The notes under the pieces are model-generated. The model was not told where the DNA came from and made no database searches. It saw only the letters and a list, made by a program, of their open reading frames with translations. From an uncultured Pseudomonadota bacterium (GTDB taxonomy: Bacteria; Babelota; Babeliae; Babelales; RVW-14), in the NCBI GenBank assembly GCA_964446935.1, contig CAYUQI010000006.1, forward strand, positions 218-64,217: a DNA stretch of 64,000 nucleotides, in the 5' to 3' direction. Of the stretch, positions 37,898 through 47,363 are shown piece by piece. The translations under genes and the position numbers were made by a program. The first letter of the stretch is position 1. Each line of letters begins with the position of its first letter.

Positions 37898-38701
37898 TTA
37901 AACGTATATAAACTTAATTGGCAATCCACCACGTCCATCTATCAGCATATTTTCGAAATTGAATCCTTTGTCCGTCCCTTTAAGTTTTAATGACATGATT
38001 ACTTCTGTTATATAATTGAACCAACATTTAAGGGTTTGAAGATTTTGCGGGATTTTAAGTATTTTCAGATCGTCACAGCATTCGCAATTAAGGTCCTGAA
38101 GTGAATCTGGAAGCTTTTCTAATATAGTCAATTTCTTGCAGTTAAAGCAATCAAGGGCTACGATTTGGTGTCTTATAGAACATAAGATTGTTTGTAGTTG
38201 TCTGGTTGATATGGTGGTGTTGCTTACAGCTAAACGTATCCTGATTGGTTGTGAGCTAGGTGCAAAAAGCTTTTCTAATTTAAGAATTGTGGTTTTAAGA
38301 GCAAGGAAACTCTCTAGATTGTCTTCAGTTATATGCACGGTGTAATAAAACTCAACAATATCGATGCTTCTTTCGGTAAATAACGCTAACAATTGTTGTA
38401 GTTGCTCAACAGACATGTCCATAACGTCTATATCGAGTTTAACGTGTGCTATGAACGTATGATTTGTGAAATATTGTCTTTCTTCTGCCATTTTTTTCTG
38501 AAAAGTATTGTTATTAATGAGGTTTTGCTGTGTTACATAAACAGTGTGTATAAACTTCGGTTTCTTGGTGGGATCATCAATAAGATTGGCTTCTGTCGCG
38601 TTACGCTTTCCTTTTCTTGGTTGTTCGATGGCATTAAGTGAACAACAGGCAATAAGCGCTAATGCCGATATACTTGCTTTTAAAAGAGTAGTGAGCTTCA
38701 T
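37898..38701 (-). CDS. secreted leucine-rich-repeat (Cys-containing LRR) protein
   Basis: Signal peptide. The C-terminal repeats LDCFNCKKLTILEKLPDSLQDLNCECCDDLKILKIPQNLQTLKCWFN resemble the LRR units of the adjacent gene. Confidence 0.6.
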   Translation of the reverse strand: MKLTTLLKASISALALIACCSLNAIEQPRKGKRNATEANLIDDPTKKPKFIHTVYVTQQNLINNNTFQKKMAEERQYFTNHTFIAHVKLDIDVMDMSVEQLQQLLALFTERSIDIVEFYYTVHITEDNLESFLALKTTILKLEKLFAPSSQPIRIRLAVSNTTISTRQLQTILCSIRHQIVALDCFNCKKLTILEKLPDSLQDLNCECCDDLKILKIPQNLQTLKCWFNYITEVIMSLKLKGTDKGFNFENMLIDGRGGLPIKFIYV

Positions 38702-38746
38702 ATAACCTCGTCTGAGTTTGGGACCAAGTAAAGCTGGCCCTGATTG

Positions 38747-40273
38747 TCATTGAACATATGTTATGTGATCTTTAAGGTGTGGACAATTTTTTAAGAGTTC
38801 TGCTTCAAGCTTCTTCTGTCCAAAATGTAATGTTGCTGTTGTTAACCCTGTACAACCATTACAGGAGAGCCATTTAAGGCTATTTGGAAGTTGCAGAGCT
38901 GTTAATCCAGTACAACCACTACAAAAGAGTTCGGTAAGCCTATCTGGAAGTTGTAGCGCTGTAAACCCAGTACACCCATTACAGGAGAACTGTGTAAGAC
39001 TATTTGGAAGTTGTAGAGCTGTTAATCCAGTACAATCATTACATGAGAGTGTTGCAAGGCCATTTGGAAGTTGTAGTGATGTTAACCCTGTACAACCATT
39101 ACATGAGAGTGTTGCAAGGCCATTTGGAAGTTGTAGTGATGTTAACCATGTACAACCACTACAAAGGAGTTCGGTAAGGCTATTTGGAAGTTGTAGAGCT
39201 GTTAATCCAGTACAACTATTACAGTAGAGTGTTGTAAGGCCATTTGGGAGGTGTAGTGATGTTAATCCAGTGCAACCATTACAGGAGAACATTGTAAGGC
39301 TATTTGGAAGTTGTAGTGATGTTAATCCTGTACAACCATCACAGGAGAGCCATGTGAGGCTATTTGGAAGGTGTAGAGCTGTTATTTTTGTAACATTATT
39401 ACAACTAAGGGAGGTGATATTGTTACAACCGGTAGCGTTGAGAGATTTCATTGAGTTTTGTATTTGTGGTAACGCCAATAACCTTGCTAGCTGATTGTTA
39501 GTTATGTTCGTATTGCTGACATCGACATGTAGAGTTTTAATTTGGGGATTTTTTGCCAAGAAATTGGACAAGTCAATTAAAAATTTATCAAAAGACGTTA
39601 ACGTTTTATTTGTTATTCTTATCGTTATTTTATTAACTGTTTGCCCAATTGTTTGTAAATATTTACATGCTCGTTTCATAGAAAGTAAATCGTAAATAGG
39701 GCTGTTGTTTATTTGTGTGGCTTTTATTGATGAAGACGATGATGTATTTGAAGATGAATCATTATTTTCATGAGTCTCTGTAGTAGATGACGTTTGGGCA
39801 ACAAAATTGGCTATGAGCACTAAAATTTCTGGTGGCAATACATCGAGATCTCCGGCAGATAAGCAGTTTTTAATGTTTTGTTCCTGAGGGGGGTTGCATT
39901 GTATAGTAAAAGTTTCAATATCACTATTGCTTTGTTTGATGTTGTTTGTTTGCACGACTGTTGTTGATGAAGATGATGATGAACTTGAAGCTGGATGATT
40001 GTTTATATGAAGATTTGTAGCTTCCTGAAGTATTTCAATATCAGCAAATTCACCTCCCCGTGTTCTTTCAATTGTTAGAATTTGTTTGCAGAGGCTGTTA
40101 ATATTGCTGCCTTCGTACTTATTCTTATTCATGGTTAAAAGATTTTTAATGTGTAGTGCTCGTTCATCGAGGTCTCTTATTTGCTCGTTCATATTCATTG
40201 CCCCTGCTTGCGGAATGCAGGCAGCAAGTATTATTACTGCTGTACCGATTTTTAAAATATGAGTGAGTTTCAT
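38747..40273 (-). CDS. F-box-like / 20-residue Cys-containing LRR protein (eukaryote-like SCF substrate-receptor mimic candidate)
   Basis: The start at 40273 (MKLTHILK...) is preceded by GGAGG. It contains LDVLPPEILVLIANFV (F-box helix-1-like), poly-Ser/Thr tracts, and then nine repeats of LQLPNxLTxLSCNGCTGLTS. Confidence 0.65.
   Translation of the reverse strand: MKLTHILKIGTAVIILAACIPQAGAMNMNEQIRDLDERALHIKNLLTMNKNKYEGSNINSLCKQILTIERTRGGEFADIEILQEATNLHINNHPASSSSSSSSTTVVQTNNIKQSNSDIETFTIQCNPPQEQNIKNCLSAGDLDVLPPEILVLIANFVAQTSSTTETHENNDSSSNTSSSSSIKATQINNSPIYDLLSMKRACKYLQTIGQTVNKITIRITNKTLTSFDKFLIDLSNFLAKNPQIKTLHVDVSNTNITNNQLARLLALPQIQNSMKSLNATGCNNITSLSCNNVTKITALHLPNSLTWLSCDGCTGLTSLQLPNSLTMFSCNGCTGLTSLHLPNGLTTLYCNSCTGLTALQLPNSLTELLCSGCTWLTSLQLPNGLATLSCNGCTGLTSLQLPNGLATLSCNDCTGLTALQLPNSLTQFSCNGCTGFTALQLPDRLTELFCSGCTGLTALQLPNSLKWLSCNGCTGLTTATLHFGQKKLEAELLKNCPHLKDHITYVQ
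38837..39440 (-). repeat. in-frame 60-bp tandem repeat array (about 9 clean units plus degenerate units) encoding the LRR domain
   Basis: Successive 60-nt lines of the sequence align almost column for column (for example 39061-39120 against 39121-39180). Confidence 0.85.
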
Positions 40274-40804
40274 AACTAAAAACCTCCGAATATGATCTAA
40301 TTTACAATTTTTGCTGATTTGTAATGAAATTGAGTAATGGAATATTAAAATCCTATCACACTTCCCCTGATAAGTAAAATTATACATCTGTAAATAAACG
40401 ACCCCGGTATTGATGTTTTCAGCTTGAAACAAATTGGCTAATATCGCGCAACGGCTTTATTCAGTATGAAACCATAAGTTTTGTTTTATTGGCAGCGTTA
40501 TTTTCAAATAATCTCTCTCTATTTATTCCCAGATTGAAAATTTTATGATTTTTGACCGCCAGCGACTACTTTGAGCTCCCTAGTTCAAGCATTAACCCTG
40601 TGAAAAACATTCAATAAAATTGATTTTCGTTGGTGTCTTTTGTTTTGTCGATTAGGTCGATGTATTGACGATATTTTTCATTTTGAGACAGGTAATGGGA
40701 ATAAATCTTAATGGAAAAAAAACATGTTATACGGTACAATGCATTGGTAATGAAATTTATTAAAAAGAGAGAAATCTCAAAACCTCCTGTAGAAAGGACT
40801 TTTC

Positions 40805-42763
40805 GTGATTTATATTTTTAGAAAAGAAATGAAAAAATGGCATACAGTGTTGTGGATTGTTTTTGCATCACTAGGCCTGAGCGGCGTTTCGTTCTTTATG
40901 TTCCGACAAAAACACTGGTCAGAAATGACCGTTGCAAAGGTCAATGGGTACCCCGTGTACTTCGATGAATATCGGCGTGTGTTGGTTGAAGTGCAAGAAC
41001 GTGTTAATCAATTGCGCCCATTGGCACGTATGTATGGCATGTCAGAAGAAATGTTTTTGAGTGCATTTTTGGGTGTAACAAATCCAGAAGAACTTGCGCT
41101 TGAAACATGTATCAAAGATAAATTGTTTGATTATATTGAACACCCTTTTAATATAACACTCGATAAAAAGTGGTTCCAAAATGAATTAATCAAAGCAATG
41201 CCACAGCTGACTGATGAGAACGGTCGCATTAATATGGATATGTATCAGCATTATCTTGAGCGACTTTCTATGACGCCAGCAGAATATGAGAGACGTCGTA
41301 AAGCAGAATTTCAACGTGGTGTGATTAATCAATTTATCCAAGGATCAACCTATATTCCTGGGTTTATTACCAGGGAAGCATTCAATGAAGCACATGTGGC
41401 AAAAAGCTTTGCTGTTATTGAATTTCCATACCAACATTTTCTCAATCAGGTCAAAAAAGAAGCGGTTGATGATAAAACACTTGATGCATTCTATATCGGT
41501 CATAATGATGAATATAAAATACCAGAGCAACGCAAAGCTCGTTATTGGGAAATGACCCCAGAAATGTTTGGACAAAAAATTGATGTTGACGAAGCAACCA
41601 TTAAAAATTTTTATGACAAGCATAAAACTAATCTCTACCGCATATCTCCTAAGATTAAAGTTCGTCATATCTTCATAAAGGCTTCAACACCCCAGGCGCG
41701 TGAAAAAATTCATACGTTGTATGATCAAGCTGTAAAAGCACCTAACAAATTTGCAGAGTTGGCCAAACAGCATTCCGAAGATACTGCGACAGCTAAATCT
41801 GGTGGAGTGATTGATTTTTTTAGTAAAGGAACCAAGGATACTGATTTTGAACGAGCAGCATTCAGACTTCATACCGAAAATGCTATTTCTCCTATCATCA
41901 AAACCAAACAGGGTTACGAGATTATTCAACTTGTGAGTCGTATTGCAGCCTCTGCTAAACCATTTGATTCGGTTAAAGATGATATTGCCAAAACGATTCG
42001 CGCCAAGCGTTCACTTACGGCCGTGCGCAGTGAGTTGGAAACCTTGACGCGATCAATGCGTGAAGATGCTAAGGCATTAGATCGTTTTGTAGAACGTTAT
42101 CATGCCAAGACAAAGGAAACTGATTTAATGACAGAGCAAGATAGCAATCGTTCGGGAATTGAGGCGCAGTTGGCAAGACATCTGTTCTCTCCCCATAAAC
42201 GACAAAGCACCTTTGGCTATTTTGTTGAAAAAGATGTCTATGTATTGTATCAATTGGCAGAAGTGAAAAAAAGTTACATCCCCGCCTTTAAAGATATCAA
42301 GGGCAAGGTGATGGATGATTTTTATGCTGCAAAGACTGAAGCATTGGCAAAGAACAGTTTGAAAGATGCTCGGGCTGCAATTCTTGCAAAAAAAATGACC
42401 TTGGAGCAATTTGCTGAACAGCAAGGACGTAAAGTCATCAAAACAACCAACGTCAGAAAAAATGATACAATTCCAGAACTTAAGATTAATCCTGCCATCA
42501 AAGAAAAAATGTTTATGCTTTCCGACCCTTCCCAAGTGCTTGAGTTCAAAGACAAAGATACCTTTTATTTGGCTCAGGTCCGCGATATGCAAGCCCCTAA
42601 GGATGCTATCTCTGATCAGGAACGTTCCAAAATAATTAAACAAGAGAAATATAAAGCGAATATGCAGCATTTATCAGCGTTTATTGCTTCTTTGTATAGA
42701 AATGCTACAATAGAAACCGATAAAGCAATACTTGAAAAACAACGTCAATCCATGAAAGATTAA
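40805..42763 (+). CDS. ppiD: periplasmic chaperone PpiD-like (SurA-N domain plus parvulin PPIase domain)
   Basis: N-terminal TM anchor and a parvulin domain (KVRHIFIKAS...AKQHSEDTATAKSGGVIDFFSKG...GYEIIQL). GTG start after GAAAGGA; an alternative ATG lies at 40829. Confidence 0.75.
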   Translation: MIYIFRKEMKKWHTVLWIVFASLGLSGVSFFMFRQKHWSEMTVAKVNGYPVYFDEYRRVLVEVQERVNQLRPLARMYGMSEEMFLSAFLGVTNPEELALETCIKDKLFDYIEHPFNITLDKKWFQNELIKAMPQLTDENGRINMDMYQHYLERLSMTPAEYERRRKAEFQRGVINQFIQGSTYIPGFITREAFNEAHVAKSFAVIEFPYQHFLNQVKKEAVDDKTLDAFYIGHNDEYKIPEQRKARYWEMTPEMFGQKIDVDEATIKNFYDKHKTNLYRISPKIKVRHIFIKASTPQAREKIHTLYDQAVKAPNKFAELAKQHSEDTATAKSGGVIDFFSKGTKDTDFERAAFRLHTENAISPIIKTKQGYEIIQLVSRIAASAKPFDSVKDDIAKTIRAKRSLTAVRSELETLTRSMREDAKALDRFVERYHAKTKETDLMTEQDSNRSGIEAQLARHLFSPHKRQSTFGYFVEKDVYVLYQLAEVKKSYIPAFKDIKGKVMDDFYAAKTEALAKNSLKDARAAILAKKMTLEQFAEQQGRKVIKTTNVRKNDTIPELKINPAIKEKMFMLSDPSQVLEFKDKDTFYLAQVRDMQAPKDAISDQERSKIIKQEKYKANMQHLSAFIASLYRNATIETDKAILEKQRQSMKD

Positions 42764-42767
42764 ATAG

Positions 42768-43805
42768 ATGGAAGAACATAAAGTTAAGACATCATCTGAG
42801 CGAAGCAAAGCTCTTGAGGTTGCTTTAGCTCAAATTGACAAACAGTTTGGTAAAGGCTCTGTCATGCTCTTGGGGCAGAAGGCCGATTTGAAATATGAAA
42901 GTATATCAACTGGTTCGATTTTAATCGATCAAGCACTTGGTGTTGGTGGTTTTCCTCGAGGAAGAATAATCGAGGTTTATGGTCCAGAAGCTTCTGGCAA
43001 AACAACCGTAACACTTCATGTTATTGCTCAGGCACAAAAGACAGGCGGCATTTGTGCCTTTATAGATGCCGAACATGCTCTTGATCCAACCTATGCTTCA
43101 AGCATAGGAATTAATACTAATGATTTGATTATTTCTCAACCTGATTACGGTGAACAAGCTCTTGATATTGTTGAAATGCTTGTTCGTTCTGGTGCTGTTG
43201 ATGTCATTGTCATCGATTCAGTCGCTGCACTTGTTCCCAAGGCTGAGCTTGAAGGGGATATGGGTGACGTGCACGTTGGATTGCAAGCGCGTCTTATGTC
43301 ACAAGCGTTGCGTAAATTGACACCTGTTGTTCACAAATCAAAGACGGTCTTGATCTTTATTAATCAAGTTCGTAGCAAAATTAATGCAATGCCATTTGGC
43401 GATCACGAAACCACAACTGGTGGTAATGCTTTGAAATTTTATGCATCCATGCGTTTGGAAATCAGACGTATTGCGACATTGAAAAAGAATGACAAACCAA
43501 TAGGAAACCGTGTTTTGGTAAAAGTTGCCAAGAACAAGGTTGCTCCACCATTCAAACGAGTAGAAATTGACTTGTTGTTTGGTGAAGGATTTAGCAAAGA
43601 GTTAGATTTGCTTGATGCAGCTAGTGCCTATGGAGTCATTCAACAAAGCGGAGCTTGGTTTACGTTCAATAATGATAAAGTTGCCCAAGGCCGTGATAAT
43701 TGTTTGAAGAAATTAAAAGAGGACGAGAAGTTTTATAATAAAATATACGAGGCTGTGCAAAAGTCTTTGGATAAGCCTCTGAACCAGGGAATTGAGGGTG
43801 AATAA
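42768..43805 (+). CDS. recA: recombinase RecA
   Basis: GPEASGKTT Walker [10 protein letters not shown] and IFINQVR motifs. Confidence 0.97.
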   Translation: MEEHKVKTSSERSKALEVALAQIDKQFGKGSVMLLGQKADLKYESISTGSILIDQALGVGGFPRGRIIEVYGPEASGKTTVTLHVIAQAQKTGGICAFIDAEHALDPTYASSIGINTNDLIISQPDYGEQALDIVEMLVRSGAVDVIVIDSVAALVPKAELEGDMGDVHVGLQARLMSQALRKLTPVVHKSKTVLIFINQVRSKINAMPFGDHETTTGGNALKFYASMRLEIRRIATLKKNDKPIGNRVLVKVAKNKVAPPFKRVEIDLLFGEGFSKELDLLDAASAYGVIQQSGAWFTFNNDKVAQGRDNCLKKLKEDEKFYNKIYEAVQKSLDKPLNQGIEGE

Positions 43806-44364
43806 TAATAATAATAAAAAGTTTAAAGAAAAAAATACTGACGCGTTGAAATATTTTGTTAACGAACAAATTCGTGCAGACCGTATCATGGTTGTTGATC
43901 AACATGGACAAAGCTTGGGTTTAATCCCGCGCTTTCAAGCTCTTATGAAAGCCGAAGAGGCGGGGCTTGATTTGGTCCAGGTTGGTGAAAAAGATGGTGC
44001 ACCGGTTACTAAGCTCATGGACTTTGGCAAGTTTTTGTATGCCAAGAAAAAACAACTTGCCGATGCCAAAAAGAATCAAAAAGTTGTTGTTATTAAAGAG
44101 CTTAAGATGCGGCCTCAAATTGGTGAACAAGATTACATTACCAAGCTTAATCAGGCTGTACAATTCTTTAAAGATGGCAACAAGGTTAAGTTTACATTGC
44201 AATTTCGCGGTCGCGAAGCAACCATGATTGAAGATATTGGACCTAAACTTTTTGCTCGAATTATGAGGGACCTGGCTGCTAAAGAGGTTGGTTCTTTAGT
44301 TGAAGAAAAAGACGCTCGTAGCGGCTCATTTTGGTCTAAAATATTTTATGTTAAGGGCAAGTAG
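43792..44364 (+). CDS. infC: translation initiation factor IF-3
   Basis: [21 protein letters not shown] and the C-terminal domain [14 protein letters not shown]. The start codon is uncertain (TTG at 43792 or GTG at 43798) and overlaps the recA stop. Confidence 0.85.
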   Translation: MRVNNNNNKKFKEKNTDALKYFVNEQIRADRIMVVDQHGQSLGLIPRFQALMKAEEAGLDLVQVGEKDGAPVTKLMDFGKFLYAKKKQLADAKKNQKVVVIKELKMRPQIGEQDYITKLNQAVQFFKDGNKVKFTLQFRGREATMIEDIGPKLFARIMRDLAAKEVGSLVEEKDARSGSFWSKIFYVKGK

Positions 44365-44422
44365 TTTTTAATACTTGCTTGTTTGTATTTTTAATAATTA
44401 ATTGAATTGTGTGAGGAATAAA

Positions 44423-44617
44423 ATGCCTAAAGTTAAAACACATTCTGCGTGCAAGAAACGATTCAAGAAGACGGCGCAAGGACACATTAAGCGTTCCGCT
44501 GCCTATAGGCGTCATCACGGATGGGGGAAGACCACCAAACAGATACGTCAATTGCGTAAAGGTAGATACATCAACGTTACACAAGAAAAGAAAATTGAAT
44601 CGTTAATGCCTTATTAA
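44423..44617 (+). CDS. rpmI: 50S ribosomal protein L35
   Basis: MPKVKTHSACKKRFKKT... The GAGG SD lies 8 nt upstream of the ATG at 44423. Confidence 0.9.
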   Translation: MPKVKTHSACKKRFKKTAQGHIKRSAAYRRHHGWGKTTKQIRQLRKGRYINVTQEKKIESLMPY

Positions 44618-44658
44618 ACTTTATTATGTATTTGAATCAATCGATGTAAGGAATCATC

Positions 44659-45009
44659 ATGAGTAGAATTAAACGTGGCGTTATTACTAAACATCGTCAT
44701 AAACGCCTTTTAAAACGAACCAAAGGTTTTTGGGGACAACGTGGTAATGTTTTTAAGAGAGCAAAAGAAACATTGATGCGTGCAATGCGCTTTGCTTACA
44801 TTGGTCGTCGTTTGAAAAAACGCGATTATCGTGCATTGTTTATCGCTCGCGTTAATGCTGGTTGCAGACTTAACGGTCTGAGCTATTCCAGCTTTATGCA
44901 TGGCTTGAAAACATTAAACGTGACGTTGAATAGAAAAATGTTGAGTCAGCTTGCTATTTATGAGCCTGAAGCTTTTGCTCAATTAGCAAAAATGGCCGCA
45001 AAAAAATAG
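44659..45009 (+). CDS. rplT: 50S ribosomal protein L20
   Basis: MSRIKRGVITKHRHKRLLKRTKGFWG... is a canonical L20 N-terminus. Confidence 0.95.
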   Translation: MSRIKRGVITKHRHKRLLKRTKGFWGQRGNVFKRAKETLMRAMRFAYIGRRLKKRDYRALFIARVNAGCRLNGLSYSSFMHGLKTLNVTLNRKMLSQLAIYEPEAFAQLAKMAAKK

Positions 45010-45094
45010 AACTATTGATTTTTATTCATCTCAATTGGTAACCTGCATGGTAGTGTAGGTTAATGGTTAAGATGATTGGGGAAAAGGAAAGAGA

Positions 45095-45343
45095 ATGAGG
45101 TATTTGGAAGAGCTTGAACAGAAGGTTCTTCGCCTGATTGAAAAAGTTCAGGAACTGCAAAAAAAGCTGAGTACTGTAACGGCGGAAAACGAGACATTAC
45201 GACAACAAATAAAACAGTACGAGGCGAGTCTGCTCAAAGAGGCACACGTTTCGCAGTCTCTTGAGCAAGAAAAGACAGCGATTGTTAATAGTATAGAAGA
45301 GTTGTTACAAAGTATTAATGCTCTCGAAAACAAAGCTGGCTGA
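45095..45343 (+). CDS. ZapB-like coiled-coil cell-division protein
   Basis: 82-aa all-coiled-coil protein (LEELEQKVLRLIEKVQELQKK...) immediately upstream of zapA. Confidence 0.45.
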   Translation: MRYLEELEQKVLRLIEKVQELQKKLSTVTAENETLRQQIKQYEASLLKEAHVSQSLEQEKTAIVNSIEELLQSINALENKAG

Positions 45344-45353
45344 TGTAAGGAAC

Positions 45354-45620
45354 ATGCAAAAACATATAAAAATAACAATATTAGGCAAGCAGTATTCGGT
45401 TGCTACTGATGAACATGATGAAGACTTGCAAGCCGCGGCTCATATGGTCGACTCGCTCCTCCAAAAGGAATCGGAAAAAGTTGTACCAAGTGATATCGGC
45501 AAAGCAGCTCTCGCAGTAGCGCTTCAACTTGCAACTGATCTTGCTAAAAATAAGCGTATGCTCCAATCCTACGAACAACACGTAGAACATCTTTTGGGTT
45601 TACTGAACCACGAGGCATGA
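45354..45620 (+). CDS. zapA: cell division protein ZapA
   Basis: KITILGKQYSVATDEHDEDLQAAAHMVDSLL is a typical ZapA N-terminal domain. The ATG at 45354 follows TAAGGAAC. Confidence 0.7.
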   Translation: MQKHIKITILGKQYSVATDEHDEDLQAAAHMVDSLLQKESEKVVPSDIGKAALAVALQLATDLAKNKRMLQSYEQHVEHLLGLLNHEA

Positions 45621-45791
45621 AGTTTGCAGACTTTCTGCTCGGGCATCGTTCGCATACCTCGTTTAGAAAAACACCATAACCTTGGATCGTTTTTCATTCT
45701 TTCTTTTTATAATCCCTATAAATTTTTTTGTTTTTAATGCGTCATAATCCAATGACGCTTTGTTGTATGTAATAAATGCGAAAGATCAACA

Positions 45792-47348
45792 ATGTTTGAT
45801 GTTATTTTAATAAGCATACTCATAGGACTGTGCCTTGGCGCCGGTCTTGTGTTTATGTTTTTTTATCTCCAAAAACGTCAGCTGCTATGGGCAAAAACTG
45901 AAGCGGTTCGCCAGTTGCGTATTACGCGTGAGGAAATTGAACGGGAACGACGCGAGGCAACCATTGAGCTTAAAAATGAACTTGGCAGGAGACGTAATGA
46001 GTTTGATATAGAGACCAAACGTATCAAAATTGAAATGCAACAGCTGCAAAATAAGTTCCAGAAAAAGCAGGATACGCTTGATCAAAGAGAAGTTTTATTA
46101 GATGACCTACGTAAGGAGCTGCAACAGAAAGAGCGCGATTTAGCCAAGAGATTGGATCAAGTCAATAATGATGAGGTTAAGCTCAAAAAGATTTACGAAG
46201 ATTTTGTTATTAAATTAGAGCGTTTGAGCAATATGAAACAGGATGAAGCAAAGCGAATTTTGCTTGAATCGCTTGAAAAAGAAGTCCGCATGACTAATCA
46301 AAAGTGGATTTCCAAAGTAGAAGAAGAATCACGAGATACCGCCAAAGAAAAATCGATGGATATTTTATGTTCTGCGATGCAGCGGTATTTATCTGAAACC
46401 GTGACACTTCATTCATCCAGTATTGTCCATTTACCTAATGAGGAGATGAAGGGTCGTATCATTGGTAAAGAGGGTCGCAATATCAAGGCTCTTGAAATGG
46501 CTACCGGTATGGAATTTGTTATTGGGGATACGCCTGAAGTTATTACCATTTCTGGATTTAATCCTATTCGTCGCGAGGTTGCCAAGCGAGCCCTTGATAA
46601 ATTGATTCAGGATGGTCGCATTAACCCTACCAGAATTGAGGAAATCGTTGCTAAATGCGAAACAGAGCTTGATCAAAGTATCCTTGAGATTGGCCAGCAA
46701 ACGGTACTTGAATTCGGTTTTAGAGGTATGCATCCTGAAATTGTCAAAACATTGGGTAAACTTCATTTCCGCACCAGTTATACACAAAACAATCTTATTC
46801 ACAGCAAAGAAGTTGCTTATTTTTCACGTATGATAGCGCAAGAACTTGGTCTTGATGGAATGATTGCAGCTCGCGCAGGCCTATTGCATGATATTGGTAA
46901 AGCAATTTCGGCTGATGTTGAAGGACCTCACGCCAAGATTGGTGCTGACTTTGCTAAGGAATATGGCGAAGATCCAATTGTTATTAATGCCATTGCAAGT
47001 CACCACGAGGAAGTAGCTCCTAACAGCGTGTACGGGTTTATTATTCACCTTGCTGATGCTCTTTCAGCGTCTCGTCCTGGTGCTCGTAAAGAAACTCTTT
47101 CAACGTATATTAAACGGCTTGAACAACTTGAAGAACTGGCCAATAGCTTTGATGGTGTTAAAAAAGCGTATGCTTTACAAGCTGGCCGTGAAATACGGGT
47201 TATTGTTGATGAAGATCGGCTTGATGATCAAAAAGCAGAGGCTCTTGCTCATGATTTGGCAAAACGTGTTGAAGAAGAGCTTGCGTTCCCTGGTGAAATT
47301 AAGGTCAATGTTATTCGCGAAAAGCGATTTATACAAGCGGCTCGTTAA
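45792..47348 (+). CDS. rny: ribonuclease Y
   Basis: N-terminal TM helix, coiled coil, KH domain (GRIIGKEGRNIKALE) and HD domain (LLHDIGKA). Confidence 0.95.
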   Translation: MFDVILISILIGLCLGAGLVFMFFYLQKRQLLWAKTEAVRQLRITREEIERERREATIELKNELGRRRNEFDIETKRIKIEMQQLQNKFQKKQDTLDQREVLLDDLRKELQQKERDLAKRLDQVNNDEVKLKKIYEDFVIKLERLSNMKQDEAKRILLESLEKEVRMTNQKWISKVEEESRDTAKEKSMDILCSAMQRYLSETVTLHSSSIVHLPNEEMKGRIIGKEGRNIKALEMATGMEFVIGDTPEVITISGFNPIRREVAKRALDKLIQDGRINPTRIEEIVAKCETELDQSILEIGQQTVLEFGFRGMHPEIVKTLGKLHFRTSYTQNNLIHSKEVAYFSRMIAQELGLDGMIAARAGLLHDIGKAISADVEGPHAKIGADFAKEYGEDPIVINAIASHHEEVAPNSVYGFIIHLADALSASRPGARKETLSTYIKRLEQLEELANSFDGVKKAYALQAGREIRVIVDEDRLDDQKAEALAHDLAKRVEEELAFPGEIKVNVIREKRFIQAAR

Positions 47349-47363
47349 CCGGTGGAGTGAAGT

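Noticed and set aside
38837-39440. Regular 60-bp repeats that might suggest a CRISPR array
   Set aside because: The units are contiguous with no unique spacers. They are in frame within a long ORF and encode a coherent LRR consensus.
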